Below are positions 1 to 9,349 of a stretch of 64,000 nt of DNA, piece by piece. The first letter of the stretch is position 1; each line of letters begins with the position of its first letter. The translations under genes were made by a program, and so were the position numbers. The notes beneath the pieces are model-generated. The model was not told the origin of the DNA and made no database searches. It was given only the letters and a program-made list of their open reading frames with translations. The stretch comes from an uncultured virus (IMG/VR IMGVR_UViG_3300023172_002538) (lineage: Duplodnaviria > Heunggongvirae > Uroviricota > Caudoviricetes): IMG/VR virus record IMGVR_UViG_3300023172_002538. The stretch is one strand, 5' to 3'.

Positions 1-1
1 T

Positions 2-1051
2 GGTGACTTCCTTCAAGGATTTGCTGGTCAATACGAAGGTAATTATATTACTCCGTATACCGGTGATTATATTTCAGCCTATACTGGTGATTTTCTTGCA
101 ACGTTTGAAGGTCAATATGTTGGCGATTTCATCGTACAATACACTGGTAACTTCATCGAAACTTATGAAGCAGACTTCGTACAAGATTTTGAAGGTCAGT
201 ATACTGGTAACTATCAGTCTGACTATACTGGCGATTATGTCGCAATTTATACTGGTGACTTCTTACAGATTTTCCAAGGGCAATATGTCGGCGATTACGT
301 AAAAGCATATATCGGCAATTATCAGTCAGCCTATACGGGCGATTTCGTATCGATATTTGAAGGTCAGTACACCGGTGATTATCTGTCTGATTACACTGGT
401 AACTATCAAGCAAATTATTCAGGCGACTATCTGTCTAACTTCGAAGGTCAGTACACTGGTGACTTTATCGTAACATACACAGGCAATTACGAAGTAGACT
501 ACACGGGCGACTTTGTTGAATCATACACCCAAGATTATGAGCAAGACTACATAGAAGATTATGTTGCTCAAGAAGCATACGTAACGGCTTATGCTGGAAA
601 CTACACTCCAACATACGAAACAGTTTATACTGGTGATTATACTCCTGATTACGAAGGTCCATCGGGCGACTATTTAGGAACCTATCTTTCGAATTACACT
701 GAAGAGTTGTATGCGCAAGAGTTTACGGTTGACTACATATCATTAGACTATACGAGAAATCGCGAAGAAAGTTACACTGGTGATTCTTATATAGAAACGT
801 ACACAACTGATTTCGAATCAAGTACTGATTACGCCACTTATTTGGGCGGTGATGATAATGAAGAATATGTAGGAACATTTGAGGGCGCGGGAGATGCAGA
901 AGTTTATGGTGGTTCTCCTTATGAAGGATCTAGTTACGTATCTGATTACAATCGAGTAGTTACCATCGCAGAAGCATATTTGGATGACGCTAAATTAACA
1001 TCAACACCAGTAACAATTGAGACATTTACATTATACGTACGTGTTGCTTAA
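2..1051 (+). CDS. C-terminal part of a Tyr/Gly/Asp-rich tetrapeptide-repeat protein (likely virion fibre/appendage), truncated by the window start
   Basis: Frame 2 is open from position 2 through the listed ORF 707..1051. It reads GDFLQGFAGQYEGNYITPYTGDYISAYTGDF..., with an aromatic residue every 4 aa. Confidence 0.8.
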   Translation, partial: GDFLQGFAGQYEGNYITPYTGDYISAYTGDFLATFEGQYVGDFIVQYTGNFIETYEADFVQDFEGQYTGNYQSDYTGDYVAIYTGDFLQIFQGQYVGDYVKAYIGNYQSAYTGDFVSIFEGQYTGDYLSDYTGNYQANYSGDYLSNFEGQYTGDFIVTYTGNYEVDYTGDFVESYTQDYEQDYIEDYVAQEAYVTAYAGNYTPTYETVYTGDYTPDYEGPSGDYLGTYLSNYTEELYAQEFTVDYISLDYTRNREESYTGDSYIETYTTDFESSTDYATYLGGDDNEEYVGTFEGAGDAEVYGGSPYEGSSYVSDYNRVVTIAEAYLDDAKLTSTPVTIETFTLYVRVA

Positions 1052-1066
1052 AATATGGAGTAAATT

Positions 1067-1546
1067 ATGGCAAAGTATGAGTACTTAGATAATGCATTTT
1101 GGGAAGCAGAAGATCGCTCAATCGTAAAATGCATTAGGCTAACTACGCTTGAAGGTCAAGAAGGCAAGAAGAAAAAAGACGTTATGGAGTTTCGCAAGAT
1201 TCGTCCTGATGGCTCTGAATGCCCTCACTATAAAGAAGTGGTAACAAAAGTAGGCATTCCAAAGATTGATGAGAATACTGCTGAACGTAAAGAAAGAAAA
1301 GAGCGTGAAGTAAGAGAAAAACGCGCTCATCACGAGCAAAAGAAAAAGACTGCTGAACTAGAGCAACTTTTCAATCTTAAGCTTCAAGCCTTTGAAATTG
1401 AAGAGATTAAAAATTCTGAAGATCGTGTATTACGTGGCAAGATTCGTAGAGCGCAAAATGTAGTAGAAATGAATGCGTTGTGTGCAGTTTTGATCGCAAA
1501 AGAATTGGGCTATTATGGAGACAAAGATGACGCAGGAGCCAACTAA
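1067..1546 (+). CDS. hypothetical protein (charged, helical C-terminus)
   Basis: 159-aa ORF with GGAG RBS, tightly packed between neighbours. Confidence 0.75.
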   Translation: MAKYEYLDNAFWEAEDRSIVKCIRLTTLEGQEGKKKKDVMEFRKIRPDGSECPHYKEVVTKVGIPKIDENTAERKERKEREVREKRAHHEQKKKTAELEQLFNLKLQAFEIEEIKNSEDRVLRGKIRRAQNVVEMNALCAVLIAKELGYYGDKDDAGAN

Positions 1547-2264
1547 GGGTTACGTAATCGTTGCGTCACGGCGAAGTTTCTTTTATGTGTCTGCACTTAA
1601 TTTGATGGAATCAATTCGCGATTTTTATCCTGATGCAAATATCTGTCTAGTCTGTGAAGAAAAGTTTCTTGATGATCGAGGACGAAAACTCGCCAACGAA
1701 ATAATTTTCTGTAACGATCACAAGCGAGCCAAACTTTGGGGCATGGCAAAGTCTCCATGGGATATTACATTCTATATTGACGCAGACACAGAAGTCGAGC
1801 ATGAAGACATTGAACATGTCTTTGGCGAACTGAATGGCTATGATGTCATGTACACTGGTCTTCCCGAAGAACGTTCTTACTGTTATGCAGAACTGAAGTT
1901 TCCTGGTGGTCAATTCGAACTGTGTGGGGCAGTGTGTCTGTATGACATGCGCAATCCATTAGTGCGCGAGTTTATGTGGGACTGGTATGATCTGACTGTT
2001 CAACAATACGCAGGCACTTGGTGGCCACAGAAAGAAGATGGAACAGAAGATACTGAATTATATCCTGCAACGTTGAAGCGTTGGGATCAATTCTCTCTTT
2101 GGTGGCTTGTAAACAAAGAGCCCAAGTATCAAGACTTGAAAGTGGGTATCTTTGAAGATGACGCCAGATGGAACTATTTTTCACGCTATAAATATGCTCA
2201 CAACAAGAAGCCTGTTGTTATTAGACATTATTCTGCTTCTGAAGCGAAGCATATGGAGTTTTGA
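1527..2264 (+). CDS. GT-A fold glycosyltransferase (GT8-like / nucleotide-diphospho-sugar transferase)
   Basis: YIDADT DxD motif, WDQFSL motif, C-terminal HYS; GGAG RBS before the ATG at 1527. Confidence 0.75.
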   Translation: MTQEPTKGYVIVASRRSFFYVSALNLMESIRDFYPDANICLVCEEKFLDDRGRKLANEIIFCNDHKRAKLWGMAKSPWDITFYIDADTEVEHEDIEHVFGELNGYDVMYTGLPEERSYCYAELKFPGGQFELCGAVCLYDMRNPLVREFMWDWYDLTVQQYAGTWWPQKEDGTEDTELYPATLKRWDQFSLWWLVNKEPKYQDLKVGIFEDDARWNYFSRYKYAHNKKPVVIRHYSASEAKHMEF

Positions 2265-2941
2265 TGAGAGATATTCCACTTAACGATTTTGCATTAGACA
2301 TCTTAGATGATGCGCTTTGGTTCACTCAAGACAAGAACTATGAGACTGTTGTGCTAACAAAGAAAGATAAGCACACCAAAGAAGATGCTGACTGGTATAC
2401 CGGCGAAGCATACTTCAAACAAATTATGGCGCAAGGTACAGGTCATAATGGATTTCCAGAAATTGTGGTATCTCATGGTTTTGGCATTGGTCAAATGCAT
2501 TTCTCTAAAGAGAGAACTTCGCAGGCAAGAATTCCTGAAGTCTCTATGAAACAGGATGCGTTTTTGCAAAAAATACAAACTACGTTCAATTTGAAACGTA
2601 ATGCTCTATTTGCGGTTTATCCGCCAGGTGGTTACATTTCTTGGCACAACAATGCGAATGCTTCTGCATTCAACTGCGTCTTTACTTGGAGCGAAACCGG
2701 CGATGGTTGGTGGAAGCACTGGGATAATGAAAAGAAAGAAATGGTAACGATACCTGATAAGAAAGGCTGGCAATGTAAAGTTGGTTACTTTGGTGCGTAC
2801 GAAGATCCTGCCGAAAAGCTAGTGTATCACACAGCACGAAATGGCGACACAGGTTTACGCATGACAGTTGCATTTGTGCTTGACAGATCAGAGATGGCTA
2901 TAGGAATGCAAGATTGGATTATTGAAGATATTCACGCCTAA
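2261..2941 (+). CDS. 2OG-Fe(II) oxygenase-like (DSBH fold) protein
   Basis: YPPGGYISWHNN ... YHTAR ... RMTVAF pattern; HxN in place of HxD. Confidence 0.6.
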   Translation: MMRDIPLNDFALDILDDALWFTQDKNYETVVLTKKDKHTKEDADWYTGEAYFKQIMAQGTGHNGFPEIVVSHGFGIGQMHFSKERTSQARIPEVSMKQDAFLQKIQTTFNLKRNALFAVYPPGGYISWHNNANASAFNCVFTWSETGDGWWKHWDNEKKEMVTIPDKKGWQCKVGYFGAYEDPAEKLVYHTARNGDTGLRMTVAFVLDRSEMAIGMQDWIIEDIHA

Positions 2942-2946
2942 ATTAT

Positions 2947-2954
2947 TATAAATA
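2947..2954 (+). promoter_or_regulatory. T4-type late promoter
   Basis: Exact intergenic TATAAATA upstream of structural genes. Confidence 0.8.
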
Positions 2955-2988
2955 GAGCCATAAGATTCATTTTTTAGGTTAGAGACTT

Positions 2989-3342
2989 ATGGCAAGGTAT
3001 GAAGAATTAACTATCGATCAGGGAACAGATGTTTCTCTTGACGTGTATCTTACGAACATCGATGGTTCACCAAAAGATTTGTCTGGCTATTCAGCCGCGG
3101 CTAAAATGAGTACGCGGTATGACGTTGATAGCTCAGATAAAATCTCTTTCGACGCTTATGTCACTGTCCCTCCAACTGCCGGCATTGTTAACTTATCTTT
3201 GACAAACACCGTCACAGATACGCTAAATAGTAAAAGAAAATATGTTTACGATATGGAAATTTCATATCAAGACAGCGATGCCAACACTATCGTAGAAAGA
3301 GTTCTTGAAGGACTTATAACAGTAACGCCTTCGGTAACATGA
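2989..3342 (+). CDS. small virion structural protein (BppU N-terminal-like)
   Basis: IDQGTD...DLSGYSAAA...YVYDMEI...RVLEGLITVTPSVT pattern typical of T4-like virion adaptors. Confidence 0.6.
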   Translation: MARYEELTIDQGTDVSLDVYLTNIDGSPKDLSGYSAAAKMSTRYDVDSSDKISFDAYVTVPPTAGIVNLSLTNTVTDTLNSKRKYVYDMEISYQDSDANTIVERVLEGLITVTPSVT

Positions 3343-3349
3343 GGTCAGT

Positions 3350-4501
3350 ATGTCAGTACAAGTAGGAAACAGGACATTAGTAAGCAAGATAACGTACGGT
3401 ACACCTTATCGTACTGCTGTCATTTCTGCTAGTGCCGACATTGATGCAATCACAGGTCTTGTCACATCAGGTGCAGTAGACGGCTCTCTCTTTGAATACG
3501 ACTCAGCGTCAGGCAACTGGAAAGCCACGTTAACACTTCGAAAGCAGATTATCGATGGTCGTGTTTATCCGTCTGACTCAGATCGTGCACAGATTCTTAT
3601 TCGGCGCTCGGGCACTCAGGGCGATCCACTTGTTTTAAGAACAGGTGAATTAGCATACTCATATCTTTCAGACTCTGGTAGTTCCGCAGACGGCTTCGGC
3701 TTAGGCGGTGATCGTCTGTTTATTGGTGCTGGCGGCGATTCGTCAGTTGCGGGTGTACTACAAGCAGAGCGCATCGATGTAATCGGTGGTAAGTATTTTA
3801 CTGATCTACTGAATCATCCACATGGTGTGCTAACTGCTTCTAGTGCGATTATAACAGACTCCGAAGGTAAAGTCAATACTTTAAAAGCTGGCTCGCTAGA
3901 ACTAGACAGTGCTACGCTGGGTAGACTGGCGGTATCTGATTCTGCAATCTTTAACGATCTGCAAGTTCTTGGCACACAAACCATTGTAGAAATTATTGCT
4001 GATCGTATCAACGTTGACAACCTCACTGTTGATAGTAGTCTGAGTGTTCTAGGACTAGCCTCGTTCAACGACAGTGCAACCTTTGCTGGTAAAATTACTG
4101 TAAGTGGTGCTGGTGTATTTGATGATACACTCGATGTAGCAGGACTTACCACACTCGATTCTGCTGTTATAAACAATCTGAGGGTTGATTCTAGCCTTGA
4201 AATTCCTGGCTCATTGACCATTGCAGGCACTACTACGTTTGACTCTACTGCAACGTTCAATGGTGAAGTCAACATTGGCGAAAGAACACTAAGCGAGTTT
4301 ATTGATAGCGATGTGTTCCAATTGTTACGTGCAGGTCAGGCTATCATCTTAACATATGCAGATGATAGTGACAAATTAACGATTTCAGTTCCAACAGCTA
4401 CGGCTAATACACCTGGAGTTGCGTTCTTCGACTCAGCGCAGTTCACTGTCGATTCAAACGGTCAGGTTTCATTGCTGGAATTTGAAGGCGGTGACTTTTA
4501 A
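3350..4501 (+). CDS. tail fibre-like virion protein, DS-rich
   Basis: ILIRRS...LRTGELAYSY...DRLFIG Mtd/hyaluronidase-N-like motif followed by beta-strand repeats; about 16 DS dipeptides. Confidence 0.65.
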   Translation: MSVQVGNRTLVSKITYGTPYRTAVISASADIDAITGLVTSGAVDGSLFEYDSASGNWKATLTLRKQIIDGRVYPSDSDRAQILIRRSGTQGDPLVLRTGELAYSYLSDSGSSADGFGLGGDRLFIGAGGDSSVAGVLQAERIDVIGGKYFTDLLNHPHGVLTASSAIITDSEGKVNTLKAGSLELDSATLGRLAVSDSAIFNDLQVLGTQTIVEIIADRINVDNLTVDSSLSVLGLASFNDSATFAGKITVSGAGVFDDTLDVAGLTTLDSAVINNLRVDSSLEIPGSLTIAGTTTFDSTATFNGEVNIGERTLSEFIDSDVFQLLRAGQAIILTYADDSDKLTISVPTATANTPGVAFFDSAQFTVDSNGQVSLLEFEGGDF

Positions 4502-4507
4502 TAAATA
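4500..4507 (+). promoter_or_regulatory. probable late promoter variant
   Basis: AATAAATA at the gene junction, 30 nt before the next ATG. Confidence 0.45.
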
Positions 4508-4536
4508 GAACAATATCGGTAGGATAGAGACTTAAC

Positions 4537-7500
4537 ATGGCAATAACAAAAATTATCCATAAAAAGACGAGTGTCCCGGAGAAACGTCCGGGCATCGCCG
4601 ATATCGAGCTTGGTGAAATTGCGATCAATACGTTTGATGGCAAGATGTTCATCAAACAAGATAGAAATGGTGAGGTTGACATTGTTCAAGTCGGTGACGA
4701 TCCTACACCCAACGTATACTATGTTTCTAAATCAGGTAAGAATGGAAACTTAGGTACGTCTCTTTCTGATGCATTCCGCACAATTGACTCTGCTGTCGAT
4801 CTTATCACAACACTCAAAGATTTTGATTTTGACGAAGGTATTTGTCGAAGAGACTTGGGTCTCATTCTTGATGGTCTACAGTTTGATATTGCTTTTGGAA
4901 CAAACTATAACGCAGTAACGTCTGGTCTCGCATATCAAAGAGGCAGTGTAAGTGCGGTCAAAGTTATTGAAGAGCAAATCGTTGCTACACGAAGTGCATT
5001 CAACGAAGCAAAGGGTGCTATCGCTTCCCTAGATCCTGTTAAAGCAAGCACTGGCGATGATGGTGCACTTGCAAGAAATGCTAGACACTGGGCAGAGGTT
5101 GTTGATATTCTTGTCAACGGAACGCAAAGCACAGAAAACTTTGCTGACTCTATCGAATATCCAGTTCCTGTTGTTCTGCCTACAGCAGACGCAGATGATG
5201 CGGCTGTCATTCTACAGAACAACCGTGAGTATCTAAAGAACGAATTAGTCCAGTACATTGCAGAGAACTTCCCTGCTCTTACTTATGACCGAGACTTGTG
5301 TTCGCGTGACACAGGATACATCATCGATGCTGTAACGCTCGATTTGATGCTCGGTACAAACTTCAACTCCGTCACTGCGGGCTCTGCATATTATAGAGGA
5401 AATGCATCTGCGCAGTTGGTGATCAGTGATCAGCTAGAAGGAACAGTTGGTGCAATCAACGAATTAGGTCGTTTGATTGGCGAACTTGCCATCGACTCTG
5501 ATTCTCGGGTAAATGTTACAAGCAGTATTGCAGAGATTACTGACATTATTAGCAACGGTCTTGATGGTGCTGATGCGTTTACTTATCCTGCGGCTCCTGC
5601 ATCTACAGCAAATCAACAAACAGCCGCTACTGCAATTCAGTCTAATCGAACAGCAATCATCAACTCGACGATTGCTTGGATCGACAGTAACTATCCAGCA
5701 TTGTCTTACAACTCTGCTACTTGTGGTCGTGACGTAGGATTTGTACTTGACGGCTTGACACACGATATTCTCTATGGTGGTAACTATCAGTCTCGTAGAA
5801 GTGCTGATGCATACTTCTCTAATGCTGTAAGTCAGTTGGGCGATTCTGAAACATTACCTACTGTTGCGGCATATGACGAACTAAAGAACATCGTCAACAC
5901 TTATGTCACAACTTCAACAGAGCAAGCCCGTGTCAACGACTTGATCGAAATTGTAAACGAAGTTCTTGAAGCCGGTAATGTTGCTGTACTCAGACCTCTC
6001 GTTTATCCAAACTTTACAGGTATTGACGGCACAACAACTGCATCTTACAATTTGATTCTAGCCGACTCTGCTAATCTTAAAGCGGGCGTGATTGCATATG
6101 CCGATCAGAATGGTCCTGCAACGTATGATCGTGTTCGCTGTAAGCGAGACGTTGGTTTCATCGTAGACGGCTTGACATTTGACGTTCTGTATGGTGGTAA
6201 CTTTGCGAGCGATATTGTTGCACGTGCATACTTCTCGTTTGGCACAAATCAGTTGGGAGACAGTGCTTCTGATCCTGAAGTTGTCGCGACAGTATCGACT
6301 TATCAGCACCTGAAGCAGATTGTTGACGAATTGCTTTCTAACAGCCTGTCTTCTAATTTGTACGAGCAAGGAACTTGGCCAGGTGCTGGTGTTGGTCCTG
6401 ACTCTTCTGGTAATGGCGGTAACTACTCTACTGCAACTGAAGCGCAGGTCACAAATGACTTGCTAGACAATTTGATCACTGTTATTACAGAGGGAAGTCT
6501 TGCCAGTATCGATTCTGTACAAGAGCCTAGCCTTGCGGCTCGTGCTGTTCCTATCGAGTTAAGAAACGCTGTTCAGTCTATTAACGACGAACGAAACCTC
6601 ATTATTACTCAATCAGTACAGCGAGCGCAAGCTACAAATGATATTACAATTTATCTCAAGTCGGGTGATTATGTAATTAATAACCCAATTCAGCTACCTG
6701 AGAAGGTTGCTATCGTGGGCGACAACTTGAGAACAACGACGATTCGTCCGTTTAGCGTAGACTCTGATTTGTTCTATGTGAGAAGCGGATGTTTCTTGAA
6801 AGACATTACGTTCCGAGATCATCAAAGCGGAGCGGCTTGCGTAGCATTTAACCCGAACGTTGACTCGCCAAGAGCAGGTCCGTTTATTGTACAGTCTCCT
6901 TACGTACAGAACTGTACGTCGATTACTACTGACGGTATTGGTATGAAGATCGACGGTTCGAAATGTTGGGGTCTGCGTTCGATGGTATCTGACGCATTCA
7001 CTCAGTACAACGCGGCTGGTACTGGCGTATATCTACTCAATCGTGGTTATGCGCAGTTGGTATCGATCTTTACGATTTCGACTGCAACATCTATTCTTGC
7101 TGAAACTGGTGGTCAGTGTTCTATCACTAACTCTAACACCAGCTTTGGTGACTTTGGTCTTATCGCACGAGGTAGTAGCCCAGTTCTTTACTCTGGTATT
7201 CTCGACTCTGATTATGCCAAGTTTGATGATGTGATGCAAGTGAATGAGATTATTAATCTTGATTCGGCAGACTGGCTAAATCCATACGGCGAGTATAAGA
7301 AGCCGAACTATGGTGATGCAATAAAGTTTGACTCAGAAGATTACTATTACACATGTCTTGGCGTCGATTCAGTTGCACCTGGTGTTTATAACATCACATT
7401 CCAGCCACCGTTGAACCAAGACATGAGACGTAATCAGAAAATTAGTTTTGTTCAACGTTCTGTTATCACATCATCTTCACACACGTTTGAATACGTGGGT

Positions 7501-7746
7501 GCGGGTACGAACACCTTTACTGCTATTCCTCAGAATGGTGGTATTCCTGATCCTACAAAAGAAGTTATTTTCGATTCTGAGACGAACGAAGGTCTGGTGG
7601 TATTCACGAGTACGGACCAGCTGGGTGACTTTAGAATTGGTGCTGAACTGACAATTCGTAGACAGGCAGGTCGAATCGAGGGCGAGACGTTCGAAAGATC
7701 GTTGTACGCAATTCTAACTCCATACATTCTAGCACTAGAGGGTTGA
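4537..7746 (+). CDS. large virion protein: Mtd-N-like head, four CxRD helical repeats, pectin-lyase-like beta-helix
   Basis: ELGEIAINTFDGKMFIK; NVYYVSKSG...AFRTI; four C-x-RD-x-G repeats; IYLKSGDY...IVGDNLRTTTIRP; QSPYVQNCT. Confidence 0.7.
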   Translation: MAITKIIHKKTSVPEKRPGIADIELGEIAINTFDGKMFIKQDRNGEVDIVQVGDDPTPNVYYVSKSGKNGNLGTSLSDAFRTIDSAVDLITTLKDFDFDEGICRRDLGLILDGLQFDIAFGTNYNAVTSGLAYQRGSVSAVKVIEEQIVATRSAFNEAKGAIASLDPVKASTGDDGALARNARHWAEVVDILVNGTQSTENFADSIEYPVPVVLPTADADDAAVILQNNREYLKNELVQYIAENFPALTYDRDLCSRDTGYIIDAVTLDLMLGTNFNSVTAGSAYYRGNASAQLVISDQLEGTVGAINELGRLIGELAIDSDSRVNVTSSIAEITDIISNGLDGADAFTYPAAPASTANQQTAATAIQSNRTAIINSTIAWIDSNYPALSYNSATCGRDVGFVLDGLTHDILYGGNYQSRRSADAYFSNAVSQLGDSETLPTVAAYDELKNIVNTYVTTSTEQARVNDLIEIVNEVLEAGNVAVLRPLVYPNFTGIDGTTTASYNLILADSANLKAGVIAYADQNGPATYDRVRCKRDVGFIVDGLTFDVLYGGNFASDIVARAYFSFGTNQLGDSASDPEVVATVSTYQHLKQIVDELLSNSLSSNLYEQGTWPGAGVGPDSSGNGGNYSTATEAQVTNDLLDNLITVITEGSLASIDSVQEPSLAARAVPIELRNAVQSINDERNLIITQSVQRAQATNDITIYLKSGDYVINNPIQLPEKVAIVGDNLRTTTIRPFSVDSDLFYVRSGCFLKDITFRDHQSGAACVAFNPNVDSPRAGPFIVQSPYVQNCTSITTDGIGMKIDGSKCWGLRSMVSDAFTQYNAAGTGVYLLNRGYAQLVSIFTISTATSILAETGGQCSITNSNTSFGDFGLIARGSSPVLYSGILDSDYAKFDDVMQVNEIINLDSADWLNPYGEYKKPNYGDAIKFDSEDYYYTCLGVDSVAPGVYNITFQPPLNQDMRRNQKISFVQRSVITSSSHTFEYVGAGTNTFTAIPQNGGIPDPTKEVIFDSETNEGLVVFTSTDQLGDFRIGAELTIRRQAGRIEGETFERSLYAILTPYILALEG

Positions 7747-7749
7747 TAC

Positions 7750-8118
7750 ATGGCTATCCCACTAAATACATTTAAAACGACAACTGCGGTAGTTCCGGAG
7801 GAACCCCCCGGCGGATTTACCGGGGATAGCGATGTCATCTACGTTGTTCCTGCGGGGATTACAGCAATTGTGCTTATGGCGCAGATTGCGAATCTAGACT
7901 CTGCTGAACACACAGTAACGTTCACTCACTATGATCGTGACGAAGTACTGAACACAGAACTTGTGAAGGATCTTCCTGTTCTGCCGAAAGACGCTGTTGG
8001 TGTGATTACTGGTAAGTTGATCGTAGAAGAAACAAATAGAGTTAGATGCTCGGGTTCTACTGGCTCAAGTGGCAAACTCAAACTAGTATTAAGTTATCTG
8101 GAATCTCTAAATGGCTAA
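7750..8118 (+). CDS. hypothetical virion protein
   Basis: 122-aa beta-rich ORF within the structural operon. Confidence 0.6.
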   Translation: MAIPLNTFKTTTAVVPEEPPGGFTGDSDVIYVVPAGITAIVLMAQIANLDSAEHTVTFTHYDRDEVLNTELVKDLPVLPKDAVGVITGKLIVEETNRVRCSGSTGSSGKLKLVLSYLESLNG

Positions 8119-9337
8119 ACGAATAGAACACGTTAGCGGACGTGTAAAACTAAGAGATCCGAGTCAGTTAGATTCTGATCGCTTTATTTACATTACGCTA
8201 GATCAAGCGGAAGCAAACTTTGGACGACCTGATTCAGATCGTCTATTAGTCATTTCTAATGTCGATGGCACGAGACTGTTCACCGACGAAATTGCGCTGG
8301 GCGGTCTTGCTTTCAAACCCGGCTCGCTTGATTCTGCGGATTCTGCTTCGCTATATGCTCTATTTGTTAAAGGCGATCCTTTCGACGGTACAGTTGATAG
8401 TGTTGCCGTCAAGAAACTTTCTGAAGCTTTCTTCGAAGAAGACACACTTGATACGGTCACAACTCGTGGCAATACTACGACAAACACAATCGATGTTGGC
8501 AGAGTTATTGCTGACAGTGCGTTTATTTCTGGTCGATTAATTGTAGGCGGTGATCTTCAGGTCAACGGCACAACTACCACGATCAATTCTACAGAACTGT
8601 CTATTAACGACAAGAACATTGTACTGGCTGACAGCGCCCTAAGTGCGGCAGCCGCAGACAGTGCAGGTATTACGGTTGCTGGTGCAAACGCACAAATTTA
8701 CTACAAAGCCGCCAGCGACACATGGAATCTAAACAAAGCAACGATCTTTGACTCTACCGTTGAAATCAACAACACGTTGACTCTTAACAATGTAGAAAGA
8801 AGACAGACGACTTTAGTTCTTTATCTTGATGAAATTACAGGTGAAGTAGTTGCAGGCGATCCTTCGGGTGATAGTGCAGAAGGTGCAATTGCATCGAAGC
8901 AGATACAAGTTGTCAATGTCAATGACAGCAACGAATATCATCCATTATTCGTACGTGATTATATCGGCATTGACAGTATCAACACTGATATTCAATTCAC
9001 ATACAATCCTGGTCTAGACAGAATTAGTGTTGGTCGACTTGAACTGAATCAACTCGATTCACAAGAAGGCGTTACTCGATTCTTGGTACTGAACGATTCT
9101 GATCAGGTACGTTTTAGAAACTTAGGCGGTCTTTCTCTTCTCGACTCAGAAACAGATACACTGCAAACTGTAACAAGACGTGGTGATTCTACTGATCAGC
9201 CAATTACCGTTAAGAAACTTACGACAGTTGACAGTGCATCAATTGGAGGCGACTTGCAGTTCCAAGGTGCACTCCGAGACGAACAAGGCTTCAGACTAGT
9301 AATCTATGATTCTGCTGGACTTGTGCTTTGGGGCTAA
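8111..9337 (+). CDS. tail fibre-like virion protein, DS-rich
   Basis: GDLQVNGTTTTINST...DKNIVL fibre motif; DTLDTVTTRG repeated twice; about 18 DS dipeptides. Confidence 0.65.
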   Translation: MAKRIEHVSGRVKLRDPSQLDSDRFIYITLDQAEANFGRPDSDRLLVISNVDGTRLFTDEIALGGLAFKPGSLDSADSASLYALFVKGDPFDGTVDSVAVKKLSEAFFEEDTLDTVTTRGNTTTNTIDVGRVIADSAFISGRLIVGGDLQVNGTTTTINSTELSINDKNIVLADSALSAAAADSAGITVAGANAQIYYKAASDTWNLNKATIFDSTVEINNTLTLNNVERRQTTLVLYLDEITGEVVAGDPSGDSAEGAIASKQIQVVNVNDSNEYHPLFVRDYIGIDSINTDIQFTYNPGLDRISVGRLELNQLDSQEGVTRFLVLNDSDQVRFRNLGGLSLLDSETDTLQTVTRRGDSTDQPITVKKLTTVDSASIGGDLQFQGALRDEQGFRLVIYDSAGLVLWG

Positions 9338-9349
9338 TAGGAGAAATCG

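Noticed and set aside
3..302. Listed 99-aa + ORF and overlapping minus-strand ORFs at the window start
   Set aside because: They are off-frame shadows of the frame-2 repeat protein (2..1051).
1..700. Recurrent short DNA repeats (e.g. GAAGGTCAGTACACTGGTGA) as a possible CRISPR array
   Set aside because: They are degenerate at third codon positions with 12-nt periodicity and no repeat-spacer structure; these are protein repeats.
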